Source: Heptranchias perlo (taxonomy: Eukaryota). From it: a stretch of 64,000 nt of DNA. Shown here piece after piece: positions 48,475 through 61,030 of this stretch. The stretch spans positions 31,620,001-31,684,000 of the forward strand of contig NC_090352.1 of assembly GCF_035084215.1 (NCBI RefSeq), in the 5' to 3' direction. Below the pieces are notes generated by a model. That model did not search any database. It was not told the DNA's origin and was given only the letters and a program-made list of their open reading frames with translations. The position numbers and the translations under genes were made by a program. Numbering within the stretch: the first letter of the stretch is position 1; every line of letters begins with the position of its first letter.

Positions 48475-48850
48475 ACTTTCAATTGTATAGCACCTTTAAT
48501 GTAGAAACGTATGCTTCACAAAGGCATGGGGAAAATGGATGCCGAGCACAAGGAGATATTAGGAGGAATAACCAAAAGCTTGATCAAAGAGGTGGATTTT
48601 AAGAAGGAAGAGGAACAGATGGTGTGACGAAGGGGTTTAGGGAGGGAATTTCAAAGCATGGGACCTAGGGGGCTGAAGGCACGGCCGCCAATGGTGGGGT
48701 GAAGAGGGGGATGGGGGGTGCTGTACAAGAGAGTCAGAGGAACAGAAATATCAGTGGGGGTTGGAGATCATAGGGCTGGAGGTTATTACAGAGATGCTGT
48801 GATTGTGGCTATGCAGAGATTTAGAGAGGGATGGAAGGATTCAAAATTCA
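48475..48850 (-). mobile_element. L2 3' fragment
   Basis: Similar to 18272-18760 (AGCACCTTTAATGTAG, GCTGAAGGCACGGCCGCCAATGGTGG). Confidence 0.65.
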
Positions 48851-49342
48851 TGTTTTCTATCAACGACTAGAAAAAAAAGTTTTTTTTCCCTAACTTCTAA
48901 TGACTGATATTATGAAGTAGAGTTAGAAATGATTGCAATAAAGAATAGATTTGTTCTTAAAGGGAGTTTAACTAGGAGCATGTTAATTAGTGGAAATTAT
49001 CTACTACCTCATATTCCTCATGGTGTCATTTTCTTAATTGTCTCATGACTGTTATACAAAGCTTATTGGAAGTGCAGCTTCGTGGAGTCTGGGAGATGGA
49101 CACTTGCTCAATGTACTCACATCTGGGTTGGGGTTCCTTGTAGAATGCAGTTGTTATCATTATTTGCCGTATAATTGGTTTGTTTACAGACTAATGGGAA
49201 ACATATTTTTTGTATCTTGGTCTGTGAGTAACCTTTACCCAAGAATTACTCAACAAAGCTAAGTCCACTAAAAAAGATGATAATGCTCCACTTTATGGCT
49301 CAGTTGGGATAGCTTTATGGCAACGTTTTTGTTTGGCGAAAC

Positions 49343-49430
49343 AACCAAGACCAGACTCGAACCTGTGATCGTCTGCTATCACCACAGTTAGCATTGAAGT
49401 CAGATGCCTTATCCGTTAGACCACGTGGCC
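49343..49430 (-). pseudogene. tRNA-Arg(TCG)-like pseudogene with an intron-like insert; anticodon now reads TCA
   Basis: GGCCACGTGGTCTAACGGATAAGGCATCTGACTTCAA-[insert]-CAGACGATCACAGGTTCGAGTCTGGTCTTGGTT. A and B boxes are present; acceptor, anticodon and T stems have mismatches. Confidence 0.6.
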
Positions 49431-52400
49431 AGCATGGCCTAATTGAGAAATGTAATATCCATTGTGGAACTGAGCCAACTGGATCAAGAACGTTCTAGGT
49501 TTGATTCTTCCTCTGTGCTGAGTTAGTTGATCTCAGCTGGAGTGCCAGTTGGTTGCGGTAAAATTAGCTCAGCACCAGGGAGGGGGAAGAATGAGCCAGG
49601 GATCCTGCTCCTGATTACCGTCTAGTGATGGAAAGAATGTGTGTGGTACGTAGAGAATTAGGGCTCAGCTGTGATGCCCTCCACAGTTGACTGTCTTGCT
49701 GGTGCTCACAGTCTATAATGGCCACTCGGGTGAAGCATTGGAGCATGCCTTGAGCCCAGGGAAACATATTTCACCACAGGTCAGTGCTCTCAGGAGGAAA
49801 GAATAATAAAAATTGATGACTTAGTGAGTAAATGCACCGCCCAGTGTTGTACTGAGCCATACAGGCCAAGATGGGTCCAAGTCTTTTTGATTCATCGCCT
49901 GTGCTGAGTTAGCTAGTCACGTCCGGGGGTAGGGGCTATATGGGTGCTACAATTAGTCTTGACTTCTCTGGGCTCAGAAATAAATGCTTATCCAGGATTC
50001 CTGATCCTTATTGCCACCACTTGGAAAGTCTGTGTGCCCGTGTGTGGACAGGACCAGGTGCATCCATGATGTGGACTTTGGTCGACTAACCTGCTGATAC
50101 AAATGTAAAAAACGGCTACTTGGGTGGGTATTGGAGGGCCGTGCCATGAGTGAGCGCCCTCCTACCATAATACATTGCCTCATATACTCTCACACCAAGG
50201 TCAGCGACAACATAGGTTCCACATATTTTTAACTGTACCATAATAAATGTATACAATTTAAAAATGCAGACAGTTATCTAGGCACCAGAGTGACCCATGG
50301 TCATGTGATAGTTAAAGTAAATCATTGCATCTCTCTGATAGTTAAAGTAAACCCCATTGCATTTCTAACCCTGTGTGTGGTTATAATTGGGTAATAAAAC
50401 AATTAAGACTAATCCAACTGAGAGATGGGGGCACAGTATGTTGGGATGCTATCCTTCACTATTCTTGTTCTGAATTCAACTCAGACTGTTAGAGTAAAAA
50501 GAAAACAGCTGTAAATCTGAAACAAAAACAGAAAATATTGAAAACACACAGTAGGTCAAGGTCCATTCGTAGAAAGAAAGACACTGTCCAAAACGTTAAC
50601 CTGTCTTTTCTCTTTACTGATGCTAACTGAACAGCTGTGTGTTTCTAGCATTTTTTGTTACTTTGGGATGAGTTTTATGACCTGGGGCGGGGCGGGGGGT
50701 TGCTGTAGGACTTTAAGTGGTCTCAACCGGTAGCCGTGGATACACAACAGAAAATTGTATACAGTTTGGCAATCTCTTGCCTCACTCAGAGAAATGTTGG
50801 AAATGTGGATGAATGGCTGGAGTGAGTATTGGAAAGATTCATTCCAGTGAAGGGGAAGGTCTCCTGGGACAGGAATTAAGGCCCACGATTGGTGCAGTGT
50901 AGAGAGAATTTTACTCGGAATTTACCCTGTGAACAAGAAGTGGCTGGTGCCAATACTACACAACAGAAGTGTGAAAGGGATTGCATTCCTCAGTAGTGGC
51001 GTCCCTCACCCCGATGGGTACAAAAATATAAATAGAATAATCCTATTACCGACACTTGGGTAAATACTATGTTCTTGTCTTACCTGCCTGAATTGACGGT
51101 ACATCAAATGTCAAAAGTGTGACTGAAGCGTGTAACTTATGTGAGTTAGTTGAGTAATTTTCTGATTATTTCCCTTTTCAGCAGCCTGTTGCTACATATT
51201 TTGTTTACACGATGAAGTTCTGTGAAATGTTGGCATTTCTGACATGAAAAAACAGAACCATTCCAGTTAGCTTTGTGTGGATAATCTCTTCAGAGGTAGA
51301 ATGGGACTGATGGCATCGAGTGCAGTGCTGGGTCTGTCTGAAGTACACGTTTATATTATGTAGTGCACAACCGTCGCATTTTGGAGACGTTTGAAAGACT
51401 CAAATGTATATAAAAAGAAGAAAGGCATTCATTTCATATTAGTTTCTTCTGACCCGGAACTGGGAATTTGCTAGCGCCTGCCAAATTAAAAACTTTCCTT
51501 ACTGACAGCAATTAACCTCTAAATGACCTCAGGATGTGCTACTTTCAGTAATTAAACTTTTGTGGCCTTAAAAGAGACAGGCCACAAAAGCCTTACCATT
51601 GCAGCAGAATAATACGGCTGCATATTGTGGCCCCACTATTCCCGACCAGAATGGAGATGATTGACAGGGGAATTACCCAATCACACCTGCTGTAAGGGAC
51701 TAGGATTGATATAACGCACATAATTTGTATGTAACTATCCTCCACTCACTGCTTTTTTGCTGGAGAAATAATCAGTTTGTATTATGTAACGATCCTCCAC
51801 TCACTGCATTTTGCTGGAGAAATCACCCTCCTTTTATCAGGAGAGGTTGCTGCAGTTTCAGTCATGAGTTCTGTTTGCTGTAGTTAGAAGAGACTCTTTT
51901 TAAATAGACTCTGTAGACTGTTTGCTGTAGTGTGCTGTTTAAACAGACTCTGTTGAGTAAATAGACTTTGTTGTGACTCCTGCTGTAAGTCCCGCCTCCA
52001 ATTCATTGGCTGACACAGTGCAATTCATTGGCTGACGCAGTAGTGTCAATACACTCTGCAATAATACATTGTTCATTCCATGGCATAATGCTCCAGTCAT
52101 TCTAAAGCATTGTATCTTCTGACTTGCTACGAGCAGTACCACAGGATATATTTGCAGCTTGTCTTTATTCAGCAGCTGGGATCGACTGAGTTTTGGGGCT
52201 ATATTAATGCTATCATTATATAAAATTCTGTAGTTCGACATTGCCCTTCCTCTCCCTCCAGTGCTGTCATCTCTACACAGCCTCTTTCAGCTGTAATTGA
52301 GCTGGTACAATAGTTGTCCCACTTCCTGGCTACCACCATGGTGGTGACAATGCAGCTAGTTTGATTTTGGCACCTTTATGTTGTGAATACAGCACCAACA

Positions 52401-53496
52401 AAATCCCATCAGTGGCAAATGTCCAAATCCAAATATCTAAATGTAACAGGAATACTACAGTCATGCTTATTGGTCAGTAGGTGCAGTTCCTTCAGCGCGT
52501 AATGAGCTGTCATAATTTTTCCTACCTAACCTACAAAAAGGATGGTCCACCACCTTGAAGTGCCTCACCTGTTGGCATTGACCAAGAACTGAAGAAACTT
52601 CCTCTTAAGGGGGCTTGGCAGATTGGAACATCCCACAGCATTGGGTCTTTTATCAAAACATTTGAGAGACCGCTGTGAAGGGCCAAGACCCATAGCACAG
52701 GGAACCCCAAAGATTGAGGAGCTGGAGAGAACATGAAGCAAACGATAGTCGTCATTCTGTGACGCCAATCCTGGGTTTTGAAAAAAATAGGAAGGGAAGA
52801 CTGAGAGCAGTAAACTAAATAAGAGTGAAAAGAAGAAAGAATCCCTACATTACAATAGTGACTACACTTCAATAGTACTTAATTGGCTGCAAAGTGCTTT
52901 GGGAGGTCCTGAAAGGCGCTGTATAAATGCAAGTTCTTTTATCTTCAGGAGAGTAAGCTCATGGGTTGCTACTATTGGAAATTTAGGGGACAAAATTAAA
53001 CTTATTTAATGCGGTGTGTGGATTGAATAGAAAAGGGGGAAGTTCTTGCTGTTGGATAAGTGTCAGAATAGCAGCCCAGCAATCACATGACAGCCACACA
53101 AACAATACAGCCACCAGATCTGAACCACACTGCCTTTCAGTTTCAGTCAGTTTACCTTCTTTACTAAGGAGAAAAACATATGACAACCCATGATAATGTA
53201 TTTTGTACCCAGTCATTTGGTTCCTTTGTTCTGGACTGAGAAGCCCGGTTTGAAAGGAAAAGTCTGTTTTATCACCAATTTTTTTTAAAGAAAGAACTAT
53301 TTTGTTGGCAGCAAAAACCTCAACCATGGCTTCCGTGCTCGTTCAGTGCTCAGTTTTTTTTAAAATTGAGAAACTCGGTGAGGAGCCAAATCTCAAAGTG
53401 CAGCACGCCATCAAAGTTATAAATATGAGTTAAATCAAGAAGTAGTGGTGATGTGACACTGAACTTGGGTTTTAAGAAACCAGCATGTTGTAGGAC

Positions 53497-53915
53497 AGAC
53501 ATTGCATTTATGTAGCAACTTATCACATCCTCCAGATATTGTAAAGGGCTTCACATCCAATTAATTGCTTTTGAAGTTTGATTACTGCTGTTGTTATGTA
53601 GGCAAACACGGCAGCCAATTTGCACATAGAAGGTCCCACAAGCTGCAAAGGAAACAAATGACGAGTTAGTCTGGTTTTTTTTGGGGGTGTGATTGAGGGA
53701 GGAATGTTGGCCAGGACACTGGGAGAACTCTGCTCCTCTTCAAATGTTACCATGGGATTTTTAACATCCGCCTGAACAGGCAGATGGGGCCTTAGTTTAA
53801 CCCTGCACCTCTGATGAAGCAGCACCTCCTCAGTACTGCAATGAAGTGTCAGCCTAGATTATGTGCTTAAGTCCAGCAGTGAAGGTTGAACCCATGACCA
53901 TCTGACTTGGAGGGG
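53497..53915 (-). mobile_element. DeuSINE (SacSINE1-like)
   Basis: Reverse complement similarity to the 37340 copy (GCAGCCAATTTGCAC, CCATGGGATTTTT, GTGTCAGCCTAGA, TTGAACCC). Confidence 0.75.
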
Positions 53916-55555
53916 ATGGGGTGTGTGGGGTGAGGGGGTGGGGGGTGCGGAGAGGGGAGGATAGGAATTAAGAAGCAGTTCCACCATTTTGAGATCCAGG
54001 GAAAGAATGAGTTAGAGTAGGAGACAACTCAATGAGTCTTTATTTCAAGGAGTTCTAATGCCTTTGTGAACTCAACTCTTCTTATCAAATATTCACTCTC
54101 CCTTTGAAAGCTGATAGCGGACAGATATCTCCAGATACAAACTGAGCTCAACTGAAGATACATTGATGTCAGAGTAGTTGTCTTATACCCAGGCCAATCC
54201 ACTTAAGAGCATACCTAATTAGAGCAAATGCGATTTGTCTATGAATTTTACCAATTAATTTCAATAGGACTAAATTAATATTAAGACCCAGAAGTTTTTT
54301 CTTTTTCCCCCTTGCATTTCCAATCTGAGTTTGAGGATATGATGGTAGAATTGACTGAATGACAGGTCAATTGCTGCCTAGTAGATTTTACTGCATGTGT
54401 TGGGAAGTTACTGTGTTACATTGTTTCTCTACACATGGTGTAGAAGCAATGTATCCCTTTGTATTGGTTACAGGAGGAAATGAACAGGTTTGTAACTCCC
54501 CGGATGGTCCAGTTAATAAATTCACTGTCCAAAAGTTTTTAGGTTGGCTCCCAGGTCTGTGCTGATTTAGCTGATCTACAGCCAATGTGGCAGTGGTTTG
54601 GGGGCAGTGGGGTTACAATTGGTCAGAGTATCTATAGGCTGGGGTGGGGGGGTGGGGGGGTGCGTGGGGATAAGTCAGCCAGAGTTCCTGTTCCTAATCA
54701 CTAGCCGGCCACTATAGAATAAAAAAGCAAGGAAGTAATATTGAATTTATTCAAGACCTAAGTTGGGCCATAGCTGGAGCATTGTGTACAGTCTCTAATT
54801 TTCCTCAGTGCCTCCCCCAATGTTGCAGCTGTGAGTACGAAGCTACAGGGGTGAATTGTGGCGCAGTGATTTTCCAACCGGTACTCAAACTGAACCTGGT
54901 ACAGACTGCACTCCATTCAACCCTAAAATCCATTCACACTGCAGCAACCAACACACACACACACACGTTGATCATCAGTGGAAGCCATTGCTGATTTTTC
55001 CTCTTCTCCAGGGTATTTTAGACACTACTGTCACCTTGGTTGAGGCCAGTCAACATATCACAAACTAAGGTTCAAACCCGGACCTTCCTGGATTGTATGG
55101 CTCATTAACATTCTGCCTTTACCAACTGAGCCATCAGGAGAGAATGAAGACAGGATGCAGCTTGCCTGTGAGCCCCTGTAGTTGAATAGCTTGCCAGTAC
55201 TCTGTCCATATGGCCACTTCTGGAGAGCAGCCGGCATTCACTGAACCGTGAGTCAGTGCTTTTCGTGGGGGGTGGGCTGGGCGGGGGTTTCAATTTGGAA
55301 TATTTTACAGCAATAATTCTTACCCTGCTCAATAGGCAAGTGCCCTAATGGCTGAAATAACTGATAAAGTTGTTCTTAAGGAATTTGGGGTTGAAATTCT
55401 GCTATGGATAATTTGCTAAAATGATGCACATAACTACTATGCACTTTTGAATGTTAATTCTGGCGATCAGGTAGACTATAAACATAGAAAGGGAGGAGGC
55501 AATCATTGTGTCACATTCAATAGGTCTAATTTCTCTGTGTACTTTTAACTTGCAG

Positions 55556-56066
55556 AAGAACACGAGAAAAGAGACAAGCTCCTTTTGGAAAGAGAACCAG
55601 AACGAAGAAAAGCAGACTTGGAAAGAGTCAACAATGTGCTTCACATAGAAGAGGTTAAACCTGAACTCCAAGCGGTTCCTGCACTTCCTGTCCTGAAACC
55701 TTTGCCTCCTCCCGCTGCTGCTACCACAGTTGTCGTGTCTCACGTGGTCAGTCCTTCCCTGGCTCCGTCCCCGCTTCTTCCCCAAATCGTACAGCGTCAC
55801 CAGCCGGTCCCGAGCCCCACCAACAGCATCAGGGAAGTTTCCCGGTCCCCGCCTGTGCTCCATCGATCTCCAATCTCTACGCTCGCTGACCCACAGCCTG
55901 GTCCACCGTTGGTGAGCAGCCCGCCCCTGCAGTTTGCAAGTTCAATGTTGGCAATCTCATCACATCCTGTCATCCAGCAGTCACCCCTGCCGCAGCAGCC
56001 AAGTGGCCTTAAGCCATGCCCCATGGATGATGGAAAGCCCCAGGATCAAAAGAGAAGGCCAGGAGG
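55556..56066 (+). CDS. MNT: MNT coding exon 2 (charged helix plus Pro-rich region, ending KRRPGG just before the bHLH-Zip)
   Basis: Acceptor ttttaacttgcag|AA completes the GAA codon from exon 1. Encodes EEHEKRDKLLLEREPE...PLPPP...DGKPQDQKRRPGG. Phase-2 donor GG|gtgtgt. The bHLH exons were not found in the window. Confidence 0.9.
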
Positions 56067-56404
56067 GTGTGTGTCAACAATACTAATTACTATTACTCTA
56101 ATTGTCTGTGGTAGCCCATCAGTTTTGAAATAATGATTTGGATTTCTAGCTGATCTTTATATTTAACCTTCACAGAACTTTAAATAATCATTGGCTTGCA
56201 AGCCATGAGATCTAAAAGTCTAAATGTGGGGAGGAGGGGAGAGTGATGAAAACTAGCAGCAGCGTTGAGAGTCTGTCAGGCTCTTTACAATTACCAATTT
56301 TGAGCAGTTTGAGAAATTTAATCAGATTGTCCTTTTTCAAGAATAGATGCAGTTTGTAAACCATCTGGATCTGCACTGTTTTAATTATCTACAGTAAATA
56401 TGTA

Positions 56405-57157
56405 GACCTGGATATTAACTCCGAGCCAGGAAGAGAGCTGGGGGCGGTGGGGAGGGGAGTGACTTTCAGCCGGGAAACCCGAAAGTAAGGGTCTCCCACA
56501 TGTCGTGGCGATTTTGACGGTCTTTAAAAATTTTCAACAGGTTTCGCGCCCGACAGCCAGCCAGATTGACCGGCTCGTTGCCTGTTGGGCGGGAAAGCAG
56601 CCGGGGAGAGTTCGGGGTTGGTTGGGGGAGGTCGGGGAAGAATCAGGGTCTTCAGGGTTTGGATGGGGGGGCAATTCTGTGGGTGGGTGGGTGGGGGAAG
56701 TCGAACATCGTAGGGGGTCGTTTGGGCGCATTGGACATCGAGGTGGGGAGGGGGCTGGCGGGGGTGGCCAGGTGTTTAAAAGGTAAGCTTAGTGAGCCAT
56801 GGGGAAGCCCTCCTGTGCCTCCTGGCCCACAAGCAGTGCAAAAAGGCACTTACCTTATTGATCCGGCCCATCTCGCCTCCTTTTACCTGCCGTGATTCCC
56901 ACGGTCCAGGAAATCCATGCTGGAGGCAGTAAATTAGGAAGTCTCTTAAATTCAATTTAGAATCAACTAACATCTCATAATCAGGTAAACGGGTCCAATA
57001 AGTACCCGCCCGCCTGCACTAATTATCGACTGCATGCATCCAAACGCGCCTCCTTTAAACCTGGAAGTGGCCGCGTTAGAGCCGGGTTGTGGTCACGCTG
57101 GGAATTTGTATTATTTTAACTTCCCACCCACCCTTTCTCGGGGTTAAAATTCTCCCC
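56405..57157. mobile_element. Degenerate GC-rich MITE-like element (PIF/Harbinger-type ends)
   Basis: Right end GTTAAAATTCTCCCC; left end GACCTGGATATTAAC is a weak match. A similar terminus, GGGGAAATTTTAAC, lies near 21635. Confidence 0.45.
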
Positions 57158-58449
57158 ATAGTTTCAAACATCCAATACTTGGAGGCACTTACTACTGAAT
57201 GTGTTTTTCTGTATTTGCTCTGGTGAAGGTAAGTCCTTGGATTGGTTTGAGTAAATTCTACAGAAGCACATTTTGAAAAGAAAATGCTACAAATCATAGT
57301 CGTGTCACTATTTATTGAAATGGGCGTGTGGAATTTTTAAACTGATGATTACGTTTCAAGTATGCACCAGCGACAAGGCACCTCAACCACAGCCACCGAT
57401 GCTGCAAGATTGCGACGGTGCCCGTGACTTTCCGATACGCGCTTGTGACGGTTGAGGTTCCTCGCTGTGGCACGTACATGGGAGATTTACGCTTCGGTGT
57501 TCGCTTCAACTGTGGAAAAACAAGCAGCAGTACAATTCTAGATACTGTCCCCCCCCAAACTTGGGTTGTTTCGAGAGGGAGGGAGGATTCTGAGCTGTAT
57601 AGCACTGGGGTTAAATGCTGGATAGCGGGAGGAACAATTCAGGTACACAGGAAGTGTATTATACATGTCACTTTTCTTCCTACACTGTGATGGTACCAAA
57701 TACGCCCAGTGACAGCACTGGAAGAGGACTTTTGGTATGGGGAATGCAAAGAAATCTTAGAGCTGTCGAGAACTAATACACTTCATATGGGAAAAGTCAA
57801 ATGAAATGCTCTACATATTAAATGTACTCTAGTCTTTGAGGTAAAGCTGGCACAGTGTTCCTTACCTGGTTTGAATGATGTATCCTGTCGGCTTAAAGTG
57901 TTGTCTGGAGATACACAGATAAAGTCGATTCATTTATTGAAGTCAGTCGTGTATTACCGCACAATTTTCTTTAATTAGAAAGGAATGCCAAAATAGCTAT
58001 TTATATTAAAGTTCATCAGTTATGTGAGGACGGTGGGGATTAAAGACTTGCTTTGTGGTCTCAGTCGCAATCACTGATTGACAGCTTTAAAGATAAATAG
58101 CTACAACACGCTTTAATACTGCATCATCATAAATAAAAATTAGAAGGTTTTAGAAAGTATTTAAAGATGAGCTGTTGTCCTCTAGATTGCCAAATAATAA
58201 TGTTGTAATACTGCATTGAACAGATGTATTTCATTATCGGTAAAATGTTGGAATTCTCAGTCTGCTTTAGATACAGAAAGTCTGGTTGTGTAATTGTTCA
58301 GTGTTTTCTGAGAGGTGACTCTCCTCGTGCTCTTTGTGACATGAAAGTTCCCAAAGCTTCCAAATTGGCATCTGCATGAAAATTAAAGGCCAGGCTATAA
58401 ATGGCATATCCAAAAAGTGTGGAGAATTCCACAATTAGATAGAGCTTGC

Positions 58450-60700
58450 ACGCACTCTTAAAGCCCATTCAAAAGTAAGCCTCTTGGTTGACTTTTGGAG
58501 AGTCCAACATTGAAGGCATTCAGTGATTTCATTATATTTGACTATGCCATAACAAAATGTTTTAAATATCCAGGAAAAAGAAACAAGGAAGGATTTAAAC
58601 TCTTGAACCATTCAGACCATCAACCACACATGAAGAACTGCTCAGCTTTCTGAATCCCTTTTTATGCCACTGGCAGAAGGAACACAACAGAGATTCTTTG
58701 GCACTTTTTGGGGCGATTTCTTCAAACCAGACTTTTCCAGTCTTCTGAACAGGATGAAGACCCTCCAAATGTTAAAGTATACACCAGCAATTTTTCAGTT
58801 GGGGCCATCTGTGCATTCTATAGGAGATGCTGAAATGCATTGATAAATCTCTAAGGAAGATACAAAAGCAAACAACGATCTGATGTTTTGGCCATGGTCA
58901 GTGGCTGTTTTCCACATCAATGAGGTGAATGTTTCTGCTCCCACAAAAGCACCTGGGAATCTCTCAATAAAATGGAGAGCTTATGAATTTTTGCCTGTTG
59001 GGCATTTGGCTTCTGTTAGTCCGTGGGAAGTCCGAGGTCCCTGTTCTAGTGGACTAGCCAAAGACCCAAAGGCCAACACATGCATAAGGTGGATTTGAAA
59101 TTCTTTCATAGTCAGTTGACATATTCTACTGGTTGTTCCTTAAAGGTTCATTACTGATATAGTATGTTCTTCAGCAGTAGGATGCCCAAAGCTGCATGTT
59201 GTCCATCAGTTAGAGATGCCCACCACTCTAGAAAACCGTTAACCTTAATTGTAAGCTTCAAAGCACTGCCCTGCAAATCCAAATAGATATCCTTTGATTG
59301 GATCACCAACTACTCCTTTCCCTTGTTTTATAAACTCTTGACAGAATGACTCCAAGAGTTTTCTACTTTAGACAGCAAATGGCTTTACATAATGCAGCAT
59401 TATGTTGAGCAACAGCTAGTCTATTGTTGGGAATATGGGTCCCAATTCTCAGCAGGGACCTTCTTGCAAGATATTGCTGCAGCTGTACAGCTCACAATCG
59501 GACTCCGTGACAGAACCTAAGTTTCAACGGGTTCGTTCACAGTCACCCATTCTTCACAAAACCAGAATCACTCCATTCATCTTTCAGAGGGATAAAGTTC
59601 TCGCTTCACCCAGTCTTCACTTTGTTGTTACAGCGTATAATGTTCTGATAAGCTAGATGGCCAAGCTGTAGGAACATCAGAGTCCTGTAAGTACTCTTCC
59701 CTCATTGGCTACCAGCATGTTGTGATTATGTGGCTCTAATTACGATTGGAACATTTTCTGTTGTAAAGTTTATATATTCTCCCCTTTTAGATAATCTGGC
59801 TATGCTATTGCATCAGCATGGCACAGCCAACGTGCCGGCCAGGCTTTTGCCAGTGCCACTATGAAAGTGAGGCGAAGCATGTGAGCTCTTCTGGTAGCTC
59901 CCTCCCTGTGGGGAAGCACTTGGCTCCAGTTGGTGCATCACTATGGTGGTACGGGGAGATTGTGTGAACCCATATTTCACCATTTAGTGATACATTGTGT
60001 CCAGTATGATGCTCTGCAGCAGGGACAGTTAGTTGCCAAAGCCAATACACTGGATAGTTTATGTAGTATTCAGTAAATACCTTTTTGTTTCAACGTGCCC
60101 AAGTAGCAGTGCATCATGTTGCTAGTCCCTTTGATTCTTAATAAGTTACGTTTCTCACTTGGCTAGGTTGTTGCACTACTTGAAGAAAGATTTGTTGATG
60201 ACTGTAAGCTGTAAACTACAACCAAGGCTGTGCACCGCACGCTGCTGGTAATGGCTAAATACTTCCAACAATATGATCCCAACGGTTTGAATCAGGACTG
60301 GAAGCTTTTCTTGAATTCTGGCAGCTTGTCAGCAAGAGATACTGGTCATTCTAAATTATGTCTTTTTGTTGGAAATGTTTCTGCAGCCTGATCTTGCATG
60401 TCTATTCAAACCATGCTGAAAGCAAGCCGACAATTCTGTTCACCATTGAGGTGAACAGAATCAAGAACTGAATCTTGTAAATATCTAACGTCTCCTACAG
60501 ATGAAGTCACTGAAGTCTCCAATTGTTCCAGTGCAAAAAGAGGCCCCATCGCTTCATTGACATCACTTAAAATCGCCAGATCAATTCAGGCTCAGCTTTA
60601 GTCTTTGACCTCTGAATTTCTACTGCGGGAATTCATCTCTGTTTACACTTATGGAGGAATTAAATAACTGAAACATCGGTTGACTTAGCTACAGTTTGCT
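58450..60700 (+). mobile_element. Possible highly decayed hAT (ZNF862-like) transposase fossil
   Basis: Collinear short peptide relics: LLVD (~58480), HVVHQLEM then HHSRK (~59195-59240), and SSAKRG...K...RLS (~60525-60600). There are many stops and no long ORF. Confidence 0.35.
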
Positions 60701-60904
60701 GGCTGGCTGATGAGCTGGACTGTTCTTGGAGCTTTATCAAGTTTGTGCTTCAGCTGGGAAGCCCCTCTTGTGAAATCGATCTGTTTCTCTTAAGTTATTG
60801 TTCTGACAGCCAGGCAATGTTCAGCAGTTAATGGAAATTCTGTGAATTAAGATAAAACAACAGGTGACACTGATGCCTTCACCTGATCATGTTCCTGTCT
60901 GTGT

Positions 60905-61030
60905 CACTTTTCTTTCCCTCTCTCTGTTTTTCTCTCTTTTGCTTGTTTCTTTTTCTCTCTCTTTCTTTCCCTCTCTCTCTTTTTCTTTCTCTCTCTCTCT
61001 CTCTCCTCTGACTCTTTTTTTTCTGTCTTC
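60905..61030. repeat. CT-rich low-complexity/microsatellite tract
   Basis: (CT)n and (T)n runs. Confidence 0.85.

Noticed and set aside
49343-49430. Selenocysteine tRNA (UCA anticodon)
   Set aside because: It lacks the tRNA-Sec long variable arm and extended acceptor stem. The body is Arg-like and degenerate.
53911-53960. G-quadruplex-capable G-runs (also near 54640 and 61820)
   Set aside because: These are low-complexity tracts at or within SINE remnants, with no independent evidence of function.
56067-56133. Hydrophobic C-terminal extension (CVSTILITITLIVCG) of the MNT exon 2 ORF
   Set aside because: It lies past the GG|gt donor, so it is intron read-through. There is no evidence for a membrane-anchored isoform.
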